Assembly (NCBI GenBank): GCA_019058015.1
Contig: JAHLWH010000088.1
Span: forward strand, 1 to 30,560
Reading direction: 5' to 3'
Length of the DNA: 30,560 bases
Source of the DNA: Promethearchaeota archaeon
Lineage (GTDB): Archaea > Asgardarchaeota > Lokiarchaeia > Sigyniarchaeales > SOKP01
Below, one piece after another: positions 8,417 through 17,753 of the stretch; the stretch's first letter is position 1, and each line of letters opens with the position of its first letter. The notes beneath the pieces are model-generated. The model was not told the origin of the DNA. It saw only the letters and a program-made list of their open reading frames with translations, and did no database searches. Made by a program: the position numbers and the translations under genes.

Positions 8417-9748
8417 TTAAAATTCAATTTTTGGAATAATATCCTCTTCTTTACGCAATGGTTTGTATTTAAAGAGCCGACGTGATTCGCTGTCCTCCAG
8501 CACTAGATTAGATCCGCCGCCATGGACCATACAGTATGGGTCAAGTATACCTATAGGGACGCTATACTGCCTAATGAATCCACGACCACCCATAGTTCGA
8601 AAACAGTGTACAGCTGCCTCAAAAGCTAATTCTGATGCAGTAACTTTTAAACCCATTGAATGTTGAGCCATTAATTTTGAGCTTCCCAATTCTGGATGTT
8701 TGTCCATTTCTCTCGCGTAATTAAATAATGCTGCAATTAATAAATTTAACTCACGAATATTTTTAGAAATAGGAAATCGAATAACTTGATATTGGTGTAG
8801 CTTTCTCTCAAATTGTTTTCTCTGAAGAGCGTATGTATGTGAATATAATAGTTTCTTCATTGCGTCACCAAGCGCTTCTGCGCTAATGACAAGGCGTTCT
8901 TCTGTGAGCTGGTGGAACATTATATCCATACCTGAACCTTCTAGCATATTCTCTTTAGGAATTTCTACTTTATCAAATATTAAACGACTTACAAATGCAT
9001 CCGTCATTCCGTATGTTCTTACTCTACTCGCTTTAAAATTCTCTAACTGTTGATTTTCAGTGTCAACAATAATTGCTCCGATTGGGCCTTTATTAACTCG
9101 ACCGTATAAAACTAAATATTTACAAATCATACCATTTGTTATAAAGACCTTTTTACCTTTTGCAATAACTTTATCTCCTTGGGTTTGGAGATTTAATTCC
9201 ATTCTTGCGATATCACTACCAGCATTAAATTCGGTCATAGCGGAAGCACCAACATCTCCATCCCTTGCAACAGGAACTAAGAATTTTTCCCATTGATATT
9301 CATTTGCTTTATAAGAAACGGGATTACAATATAATGTTCCTCCTGCTAGTCTCCCCATTTCAATACTCCAGTTCCCTGCTATATATTTTTCGCTTGTTTC
9401 TGACCATCTTCCACCACATAAAGCAAAAGCGATGAGAGCATTCCTCATTATCCTTCCAACTTCGTATTTTTCAGGATATAGAATTGTACTATAATATCCC
9501 TTCTCTGCCAATTTTTTCATTATTTTAATTACTATCTCTCTTTTTTTATCTTGAGTTGGTTCCTCCACAAGATAATTTAATTCTTCCAAAATCCTTAAAT
9601 CTTTATCAAGTTCTTTTTCTAAGAAATCATAAAAAGCAACTAAAAATTCCTTTTCTTGCACGTTTAATAATGGGCTATTTAATAAGTCTAATTCTGGGAC
9701 ATATTTTTGTATTTGAATTGGTTTAAACTCTCTTAATCTTGTATCCAT
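8417..9748 (-). CDS. Acyl-CoA dehydrogenase (divergent)
   Basis: AMTE..AGSD, G.K.FITNG, EERL, R.QF, MGG.GF. Confidence 0.9.
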   Translation of the reverse strand: MDTRLREFKPIQIQKYVPELDLLNSPLLNVQEKEFLVAFYDFLEKELDKDLRILEELNYLVEEPTQDKKREIVIKIMKKLAEKGYYSTILYPEKYEVGRIMRNALIAFALCGGRWSETSEKYIAGNWSIEMGRLAGGTLYCNPVSYKANEYQWEKFLVPVARDGDVGASAMTEFNAGSDIARMELNLQTQGDKVIAKGKKVFITNGMICKYLVLYGRVNKGPIGAIIVDTENQQLENFKASRVRTYGMTDAFVSRLIFDKVEIPKENMLEGSGMDIMFHQLTEERLVISAEALGDAMKKLLYSHTYALQRKQFERKLHQYQVIRFPISKNIRELNLLIAALFNYAREMDKHPELGSSKLMAQHSMGLKVTASELAFEAAVHCFRTMGGRGFIRQYSVPIGILDPYCMVHGGGSNLVLEDSESRRLFKYKPLRKEEDIIPKIEF

Positions 9749-9885
9749 AATGATTTACACGTTTTTTTATTACTTATAAATAAATAAGGTTGATTTTAAG
9801 ATACCATTATATAAAACATATATAAAAATTAAAATTTAATTCTAAAAAGAAAAACTAAATGAAAAAAAGAAGAATAACTTTTTTA

Positions 9886-12282
9886 TTATAATGAACACTC
9901 TGTTCGAGCAATAATATCGTCTTGTGCATTTTGCGATAATTCAGTAAACAGAACAGAATAACCTGCAATTCTTACAACCAAACCTCTATATTCATCTGGA
10001 TTTTTTTGAGCATCAAGTAGAATTTTTTTTCCAACAACATTGAATTGTACCTGGAAACCACCATCAGGTCCAAAAAATGTTCGAATCAGAGCAGGAAATA
10101 ATTCTAGTTTTAAAGAATTCGGATGAAATGCCAAAATGAGCGAATTTCCGTTAGTCATTAAATGATTCTGAAGCTTGCTGACCGAGTTAAGAATAGCTGT
10201 GGGGCCATTTTTATCCATGCCATTTGAAGGACAGAGACTAGCTGAAAGGAAATCCCTTGATTTTCTTCCATTAGCAGAAGCACCTGTAAAGAAACCAAAA
10301 GCTAAATGAAATGAGGTCGAGTAGAAGCCAGGATTAAATTTTCCGCCCCGATAATTTGTATGCTTTGTGATTTCATCACAATATACTTTTACCACATCCA
10401 TAGCAATTTGATCAACATAATCATCATCATTACCAAATTTAGGAACTTTATTAATAAATAACTGCCTCCATTCTGTTCCTTTTTTCCCTTGGTATATTCC
10501 TCTATAGTTTTTCCTTAGCATTTCAACTAAATCTTCGAACGGGAGAAGTTTCTCTTCAAAAACAAATTTCTTAATTACTGCAAGACTATCTACTACCGTA
10601 GCAAAGCCAACTAATTGTGGTCCAGTAAAGTCATATACTGCACCACCATTTGTTATATCAAGTCCTCGTTCAATACAATCATCTGTAGTTGCAGATAAAA
10701 ATGGCTGAGGATTAAGTTCGGAAATTGTTTTATCAAGGGCATTCATAATTGAAACCATATAATTAATAAAGTATTTCATTTGATTAACAAAGGCATCCCA
10801 AAGATCATCATAACTGGCAATTTTTTTATCATTTTTATATCCATATTCCCTTCTAGTAAACATATCAATTCCATTTGATAATGCTAATTCTAAGCATTTA
10901 ACGACGTTAATTTGGTTTGCATTGGTTGACCCAAATGATTTATGTGGATGCTGTGGTTCAACACAGCCGATTGGTGCATATTCACGAGCATCTTCAAGTG
11001 TAAAACCAAGATTTACAAGTCCTTTTATCATTACTTGATCATTAAATAATGCAATACTTACACCCGATTTTATGGATTCTCCAACTTTAAAAAGAAAATC
11101 TTCTGGTGTCTTTTTATGAATTCGAACGGAAAAAGTTGGTTGAACAGTTTTTAAATTAGTATATGCATCTAAAAAGAGGTATGATAATTCATTTGTTGCA
11201 TCGTTTCCCTCACGGTCAACTCCTCCTATCGTTAAATTTTCTGCTATCGGTGGCCCTTCTGAAGCAACAATCCCTTTACTGAGAAGATAATTCCACAATG
11301 TTGTTAATTTTATAAAAAATAATTCAATTAGAAATTGTACTTCTTCGTTTGAAATTTTTCCTTCATTTATGTCTTTTAAATAATATGGGTATAAATATTG
11401 ATCTAATCGACCAATACTTATTGCAAAGCCACCATCTTCTAAACCAGATATTAAATGAGTAAAAAAAATAAGTTGAAGAGCCTCTTTAAAAAACTTTGGT
11501 GGATTTTCAGAAATATTGTGACAAATTTCAGAAATTTCAAGAAGTTCTTCTTGACGTTTAGGATTTAATTCATTTTTTGCTAAATCTTTAGCCAAATTTG
11601 AAAATCTTTGAATAAGAGATTTTACTGCATTACAAACAATTATAACAGACTGTAAAAAAATTCTTTTTTTGGTATTTTCTGGAGTCGAACCATAAAAAAT
11701 CTTCATTTTTTCCTCAGCTTTTTGAATTAGACCATTTATTCCATATTTCAGAACATTTTCATGTCCAGGAAAAAAATGACCAACACCATTAGAAAGTTCG
11801 GCATCAACAACAAAAACAATTTTTTCCATCATATCTATTTGATCGGAATTTAAATAAGTTAAAAATTTTGCCCGAACAGTAAATTCTTCATTTTTCCAAT
11901 AAGGAATTATCTCTTCCTTTAAGATTTTTCTCTCTTCATCCGATATGATAAGTGGTTGTACAGGGCGACTCTCATAAGTATCACAATCTTGTTCAATTGT
12001 ATCAACTCGAATTTCGGGATATAACGGAGTTCCTACAAATTTAGTCGTTCGGTTACCGACTAAAAATTCATTATCCCAAATTATTATAGTCATATTAGAT
12101 AAATAATGTTCCATAGCTTTTGCGAATCGAATTATTGGATTTTCTCCTTTTGTTTTTTTATATGATTCCGTGATTAATTTGGCCCTTTCCATACAAATTT
12201 CTTTTGATTGTTTCACAACTTTTTTTTTCATTTCTAGAGTTCTTTGCTTATAATTTAAATGGGAAACTTGCTCTAAATGCAA
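9886..12282 (-). CDS. Glycyl radical enzyme (PFL-like superfamily, single-Cys GCVEP type), substrate unknown
   Basis: Gly loop LVVRIAGYS; Cys loop IGCVEP; GRLDQYLYPYY; NLTIGG; PKFGNDDDYVD; QFNV. Confidence 0.93.
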   Translation of the reverse strand: MHLEQVSHLNYKQRTLEMKKKVVKQSKEICMERAKLITESYKKTKGENPIIRFAKAMEHYLSNMTIIIWDNEFLVGNRTTKFVGTPLYPEIRVDTIEQDCDTYESRPVQPLIISDEERKILKEEIIPYWKNEEFTVRAKFLTYLNSDQIDMMEKIVFVVDAELSNGVGHFFPGHENVLKYGINGLIQKAEEKMKIFYGSTPENTKKRIFLQSVIIVCNAVKSLIQRFSNLAKDLAKNELNPKRQEELLEISEICHNISENPPKFFKEALQLIFFTHLISGLEDGGFAISIGRLDQYLYPYYLKDINEGKISNEEVQFLIELFFIKLTTLWNYLLSKGIVASEGPPIAENLTIGGVDREGNDATNELSYLFLDAYTNLKTVQPTFSVRIHKKTPEDFLFKVGESIKSGVSIALFNDQVMIKGLVNLGFTLEDAREYAPIGCVEPQHPHKSFGSTNANQINVVKCLELALSNGIDMFTRREYGYKNDKKIASYDDLWDAFVNQMKYFINYMVSIMNALDKTISELNPQPFLSATTDDCIERGLDITNGGAVYDFTGPQLVGFATVVDSLAVIKKFVFEEKLLPFEDLVEMLRKNYRGIYQGKKGTEWRQLFINKVPKFGNDDDYVDQIAMDVVKVYCDEITKHTNYRGGKFNPGFYSTSFHLAFGFFTGASANGRKSRDFLSASLCPSNGMDKNGPTAILNSVSKLQNHLMTNGNSLILAFHPNSLKLELFPALIRTFFGPDGGFQVQFNVVGKKILLDAQKNPDEYRGLVVRIAGYSVLFTELSQNAQDDIIARTECSL

Positions 12283-12621
12283 TTTAATTCACTAAAAATC
12301 GTCAAATTTTTATTTTTATTTAATAGATTAAATAAAACTATATATTTAACAGAATAAAAAATTATCGAAGATAATTAATAATTTGATTTATAGATCAAAA
12401 ATTGGTTGAAGACAAAAGAGTTTTTCCTTACCTAGAAAAAGAATATTAAATTTATCAATAAAATTTTTGCCAAGTAACGCGTGAAAAGAAAAATCTTCTG
12501 AAAAAGCAGCATGAATTAGATGTTAAATGAAATTTTAAAATTGAATATAAATTTTTGCTCATCTCTTCATACTAACTTGGATAGAAAAAAGTATGAAAAA
12601 AAAAGTATGAAAAAGAAATTA

Positions 12622-13215
12622 TTAAAAAGTAAAGTTATCTGGTAGTTCTGATTCGGATGTTCCTACTGGAACCCACGAGATATCCATAATTGTGTAAGTT
12701 GGTTTTTTAGTTTGAAAGATTGGTACTACTCGCATACCGATCTTTGGTTCACCTACTGAAAGATAACCCATAAAGATTGTGCATACATCTTCAAATTCCA
12801 CATTAATAAATTTAATTGGCTTTTTTAATGTATTAAAGGCGCCTGATCGTTCAGTAATTATAAAAGAGTGTATCATTGCCGTTTTCTTTGCTATATCAGT
12901 TATATCTATTACCGTATTTTTTCTAAGACAATCTGGACAATAAATTCTGAATGGCATAAATATGGAATCTTTTGAATCACATTTAGGATTATCACATCTT
13001 GAAGCCATTAATTTTCCTTTACTAAGTGATTCAAAAAATATTGCTTCTCCGCCATAGCTATGAATATAAGTCATGTCTCGTGGATTAGTTATTCCACATA
13101 GTTTTCCATTATCATCAAATATAGGTGTGTTTGGCTCTATTATATGAAATTTACCTTTAATTTTGTATCTGCCATTTTTTACGGAAACCCGTCCAATATC
13201 ATTTTCGCTTTTCAT
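12622..13215 (-). CDS. DUF35-type Zn-ribbon/OB-fold protein (thiolase partner)
   Basis: FF..L..GKL.A.RC....C...F.PFR..CP.C and IGMRV..F; starts 6 nt after the thiolase stop. Confidence 0.88.
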   Translation of the reverse strand: MKSENDIGRVSVKNGRYKIKGKFHIIEPNTPIFDDNGKLCGITNPRDMTYIHSYGGEAIFFESLSKGKLMASRCDNPKCDSKDSIFMPFRIYCPDCLRKNTVIDITDIAKKTAMIHSFIITERSGAFNTLKKPIKFINVEFEDVCTIFMGYLSVGEPKIGMRVVPIFQTKKPTYTIMDISWVPVGTSESELPDNFTF

Positions 13216-13221
13216 GATCTT

Positions 13222-14643
13222 TTAATCCTCCTTTAGTAGATGATTTGGATGCATTAAAATTGTAGCAGTAACATGGGATCCGACACCAGCGTGACTGATA
13301 GTTAACCCACGTTTAGCACCTTTAACTTGTAAATCAGTCCAGTCCTTCGGTTTTTCTCGTCCAAATTTCTTCCATTTCTTTTCATCACCGTGTATATCAG
13401 CCCATCGATTCCATATATGATATCCAATTTCAGCAATTTGCATTAAGCCCGTTGCACCAACAGCATGCATACATCCAATTAAACCTCCGCAAAGGTTGCT
13501 TGGTAAACGCCCGGGTTTGCCAGTTTTAGGATTTGTATGATAGGCATCTCCAGATTCAATATAATCACGACCTTCACCATATGGACGAAGTCCCACATCT
13601 TCATATGATTGAATATCACTAATTGTAAATGCATCATGTAGTTCAATTACGTCCAGATCTTCGCATGGATCAACAACTCCTGTCATATTATATACATAGT
13701 AAGATGCAATACGTGCAGCCAAAAAGCTAGAAAAACCAGGATATCGATCTCCTCCTGGAAATCTCTTTCCTAAATCATCATATAGTCCAGGTTCCTCATT
13801 TGGTAATAGTGGTATTTTCATATCTCGCCGATCTGCTACGCGTAAAGTATGGCTTCCTGCACCTATCCAAATTCTTAGAGGATTATCTGTAAGTTCATAA
13901 GCTGTTTTTTCATCACAGACAACACCACAAGCAGCTCCTACGCTCATTAAACAACAATCTAAAGCTCGAAGCGGATATGCTACAACTGGTGAATTTATTA
14001 CATCTTCTACAGTTATTTTCATACCACCATGTGCGTGAGGATTCATTCTTGCATAGCCACGATTTTTTACAGCAATTTCTGCCATTATTTTTCGAAAAGA
14101 GTCTTCAGCTTTCCCAAAAATTTGCCAATATCGCTGTGCCATAACAGCATAGTATCCTGTATAAATATGACCAAGTGGAGTTTCCCAATCTTTATCTGCT
14201 GCACATGAAATAAGGTGATTTCCTTCATCAGTAGGAACTTCATCCATTCTTTCCCATCCCATAGCTAGAGCACAATCGCTGTAACCAGAAGCTACAGCTT
14301 TAATAGCTTCCCATATGGTTGAACCACCTGTAGCACCCCCTGTTTTTACTCCAATAGTACCAAGAGGATCTAGACCAAGCCGATCATGAATAACTGCTTC
14401 TCCTAAAAGTTGATCTCCGAAATGATCCGCAAAATGCCCGTAATATGCAGTATGTATATATCGTTTTAATTCGGCAGGAGTCATTTTAATAAAATCTGCC
14501 GCTTCAGTAAGTGCTTCAATACATAGTTCTTCAGTTCGTAAAGTAGGAAAGGCACGACCAAATCTTGACATACCTGATGTTGCTAAATATACTGGTCGCG
14601 CCATTTTTGGAATCTTAAGTTGTTTATCACTAAATTTAATCAT
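13222..14643 (-). CDS. Thiolase-fold protein (SCP-x/Ltp-like) lacking the nucleophilic Cys
   Basis: TGGATGG where N/xACASG is expected; VKN....NP.A; PL..LDCC; ELHDAF; HAVGATG. Confidence 0.9.
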   Translation of the reverse strand: MIKFSDKQLKIPKMARPVYLATSGMSRFGRAFPTLRTEELCIEALTEAADFIKMTPAELKRYIHTAYYGHFADHFGDQLLGEAVIHDRLGLDPLGTIGVKTGGATGGSTIWEAIKAVASGYSDCALAMGWERMDEVPTDEGNHLISCAADKDWETPLGHIYTGYYAVMAQRYWQIFGKAEDSFRKIMAEIAVKNRGYARMNPHAHGGMKITVEDVINSPVVAYPLRALDCCLMSVGAACGVVCDEKTAYELTDNPLRIWIGAGSHTLRVADRRDMKIPLLPNEEPGLYDDLGKRFPGGDRYPGFSSFLAARIASYYVYNMTGVVDPCEDLDVIELHDAFTISDIQSYEDVGLRPYGEGRDYIESGDAYHTNPKTGKPGRLPSNLCGGLIGCMHAVGATGLMQIAEIGYHIWNRWADIHGDEKKWKKFGREKPKDWTDLQVKGAKRGLTISHAGVGSHVTATILMHPNHLLKED

Positions 14644-14936
14644 TTAAACTCATCTTTTGTATTTTTTTATTGGTTTTTTATAGTAATTGGTTTAATTAAG
14701 GATTATATTAAAATTAATTAGATTAAGATGATTATTTATTTTTCTGATTTCATATCGTTTCAATCGCTTAATTTAATAAATCGTTCTAAATTCTTGATAT
14801 TGACAAATTTTTATTCTGTTATAATAAGATTTGTATTTTTAGATGAGTGAATTTAATTGTAAAACTAGAATCTTATATCTTATCTAATAATTAAATAATT
14901 ATCAATATTCAATAAAAACAAAAATGAACGGTTAAA

Positions 14937-16472
14937 ATGGTTGATGTAGACACTTTTTTTTGGTGGAGTGATGAACAGAAAGAATTTGCGAAAAAAGTTG
15001 CTCAGTTTGTAGAGGATAATATAGAGGAAGCAGAATATTATTTTTGGAAGCAAAAATTCCCTCATTCAATAGTGAAAAAAGTTGCAAAAGAAGGTTTTTT
15101 TGGACCTGGCGTTCCAAAAAAGTATGGTGGGTTGGAATTGGGAGCCACAGGTGGGTGTATTGCAGCCGAACAATTAGGAAGATTATATGCAGTTGGACAT
15201 GTCTTCACAGTATCGATGTTGGCTGGATTAGAACAAATTTTAAGATTCGGTACAGAAGAGCAAAATAGGATGTGGCTTCCCTCTATTGCAGATGGCTCGG
15301 AAATAGGGGCGGTATGTATTTCGGAACCATTTGCAGGGTCAGACGCGGCAAATATTATGACAACTGCTACTAAAGATGGAGACGAGTGGGTTTTAAACGG
15401 TAAAAAGAGAATGATAACTGCTGCTGGAGTTGCTGATAGATATTTTATATATGCTAAAACCAGCGACGATCCAGAGGATCGAAAGCAGTACGCGCATATA
15501 ACCAGTTTTGTGGTCAAGAAAGGCACTCCGGGATTTAGTCTCGAAAAGATAAATCCGCTCATGGGTTTCGATAATGCCCCTAATGGTTATCTAGATTTTG
15601 ATAACGCCAGGATCCCTGATTTCAATAGAGTTGGTGAAGTAGGGAAAGGATGGGCCGTTATGATGGCAGGTTTAAATTTTGAGCGGTTGATTGGTTCTGC
15701 AGTTTTAATGGGCGAAGTAAAGGAGATCATTCAGTTTCTCTTCCATTATACTAAGCGCAGAATTCAATTTAATAGGCCCATTAATCGCAACACGAACATT
15801 CAGTTTGACATCGCTGATATCATCACTAGATACAAGATGGCGAAGCTATTTTCATATCACACTGCTTATCAACTCGATTCAGGTATGGAGCCAATGATTG
15901 AAGCGTCAATCGCGAAGATGATGAATACTGAATATCTAGTAGAAATTACGAGAAAAGCTTTACAGATTTGCGGTGGTGACGGGCTTACGAAATTTTATCC
16001 CCTCGAGAGAGTGTATAGAGAAGCGAAAATAGGTGAAATAGTCGCTGGAACTACTGAAATCCAAAAATTGATTATATATCGCTTTTCAGCAATGCTTCCG
16101 AGGTGGAATGTCCCTATAAAATTCAGATGGAACGATGAGGTAAATGCTCCTTTAATGTCAAAGAGAGATTCCAGGTTTAAAGGTTTAGAAATTAACGAAG
16201 AAAATTTATTAAAAGTTATTGCGCATGATTATAAGATAAATCCAGGAATTTATATGACTTTAGATGATGTTAGAGAAGATATTGGGGGAAGTAGAGTGAA
16301 AATAAAGCAGGGTATTGAATCTCTTGAAAATCAAGGGTTGATTGTTTGTCATCGGGATCGAAGCGGAAAGATTGGTCTTGTTAAGGCAACATACAAAGGA
16401 CTTTCAAAAGCCTTTCCAAAAGATTATTATAGATGGTTTCCTGCTTGGTATGATGAAGCAGACAAGTTTTAA
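14937..16472 (+). CDS. Acyl-CoA dehydrogenase (isovaleryl-CoA DH-like signature) with a ~125-aa C-terminal extension
   Basis: ISEP.AGSD, LNG.K..IT, LNFERL, R.QF, ALQI.GG.G, ERVYREAK..EI.AGT.EIQK. Confidence 0.92.
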   Translation: MVDVDTFFWWSDEQKEFAKKVAQFVEDNIEEAEYYFWKQKFPHSIVKKVAKEGFFGPGVPKKYGGLELGATGGCIAAEQLGRLYAVGHVFTVSMLAGLEQILRFGTEEQNRMWLPSIADGSEIGAVCISEPFAGSDAANIMTTATKDGDEWVLNGKKRMITAAGVADRYFIYAKTSDDPEDRKQYAHITSFVVKKGTPGFSLEKINPLMGFDNAPNGYLDFDNARIPDFNRVGEVGKGWAVMMAGLNFERLIGSAVLMGEVKEIIQFLFHYTKRRIQFNRPINRNTNIQFDIADIITRYKMAKLFSYHTAYQLDSGMEPMIEASIAKMMNTEYLVEITRKALQICGGDGLTKFYPLERVYREAKIGEIVAGTTEIQKLIIYRFSAMLPRWNVPIKFRWNDEVNAPLMSKRDSRFKGLEINEENLLKVIAHDYKINPGIYMTLDDVREDIGGSRVKIKQGIESLENQGLIVCHRDRSGKIGLVKATYKGLSKAFPKDYYRWFPAWYDEADKF

Positions 16473-16624
16473 CATTACTTTTTATCTTTTTTTTATTTTT
16501 AGTATATATATTATAATTTTCAAATATATTAAAAGAGCTTTAGAACCTTTTTAATTCATAAAAAATTTATAAAATAAATCAATAAATTCTAATTATTTCT
16601 TTTATCAATAAGTTTTTCATTTGA

Positions 16625-17617
16625 GTGAATGATTTGGAACATAACGTTGAAAACAAAACCGAAGATAAGAAAAGATATCTTAGTATAGATGTATTTAAAG
16701 GATTGACCATTGTATTAATGGTTTTTGTAAATTCAGTCCAATTATTTGATAGTGTTCCTGCTTGGACTAAACACGCAGGAGATTATGGACTTACCTATGC
16801 AGATCTTATTGCTCCATTCTTTGTTTTCATGATGGCACTCAATTTTAAAACATCATTTCAGCGTCGATTAGAACAAAATGGAAGGTTAAAAGCATATATT
16901 CACTTTATTCGGAGATATTTAATACTAATTGGAGTTGGACTTCTAATGAGCATTAATGAAGATATGGGAGTTATTTATTTTAGATGGGGCACACTGCAAG
17001 TGCTTGGTATATCGGGTCTTATATTATTACCATTGATTGAATTAAGACCAGAGATAAGGATGATTTTTGCATGTGTAGGACTGGTTTTATATCAAATTCT
17101 AATAGAAACCGATGTTAGTGAAATAATATATGATGGAGTTGAAGGTGGAATTATTGGCTCACTTTCTTGGGGTATAATAATGATTTTATCTTCTGTTATA
17201 GCAGAAGGATTAGTTAAAAGAAAAACTAATATATATTTTCTGTTAGGGGGTATAATTTGCACAATTTTAGGTATTAGCACACATTTTATCTGGGGAATAA
17301 GTAGGGCATATGTATCTAGTCCGTATGTTTTAATAAGTGTTGGAATTGCTTCCTTAATATTTTATGGAATATATTATATCTTCGAAATTTGGGGTAAGGA
17401 CTATAAATTTTCACAAAAAGATAATTTTTTAAGTGTTATGGGGAAAAACGCCTTTATGTTGTTTCTTTTGCATTGGCTTTTATTTATTATTACATATTTA
17501 ATACTACCATCAGACACTCACTTCTTAATTGTGTTTATTTGTGCTTTTATAAATATTTTTATCATTTGGATAATTGCTTTTATTATGAATCGAGAAAAGA
17601 TATTCATTATAATTTGA
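16625..17617 (+). CDS. Heparan-alpha-glucosaminide N-acetyltransferase (HGSNAT/NagX)-like membrane acyltransferase
   Basis: R..SID.F.G....LM.FVN....H...GLT.AD...P.F; G.LQ; multiple TM segments. Confidence 0.8.
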   Translation: MNDLEHNVENKTEDKKRYLSIDVFKGLTIVLMVFVNSVQLFDSVPAWTKHAGDYGLTYADLIAPFFVFMMALNFKTSFQRRLEQNGRLKAYIHFIRRYLILIGVGLLMSINEDMGVIYFRWGTLQVLGISGLILLPLIELRPEIRMIFACVGLVLYQILIETDVSEIIYDGVEGGIIGSLSWGIIMILSSVIAEGLVKRKTNIYFLLGGIICTILGISTHFIWGISRAYVSSPYVLISVGIASLIFYGIYYIFEIWGKDYKFSQKDNFLSVMGKNAFMLFLLHWLLFIITYLILPSDTHFLIVFICAFINIFIIWIIAFIMNREKIFIII

Positions 17618-17741
17618 TTGCTGTATAAGCTTTTAATTTTCTTTTCTCTAAAGAATTATACTTACTTAATTTATTTGAAAAATAATAAAAAATAACAATT
17701 ATTAATTCGTTTACTGAAAAGAATTATGTTAATATTTAATT

Positions 17742-17746
17742 GAGGT
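17742..17746 (+). promoter_or_regulatory. Shine-Dalgarno GAGGT before TTG start
   Basis: TTGAGGTTAAAAAATTG. Confidence 0.6.
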
Positions 17747-17753
17747 TAAAAAA

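Noticed and set aside
9886-12282. Calling the GRE pyruvate formate-lyase or an alkyl/benzylsuccinate synthase
   Set aside because: It lacks the PFL Cys-Cys pair, GCVEP is the eliminase-type loop, and no small Bss/Ass subunits are adjacent.
12585-12613. Short direct repeat AAAAAAGTATGAAAAA x2
   Set aside because: Probably a slippage duplication in the T-rich terminator region of the minus-strand operon; too short to interpret.
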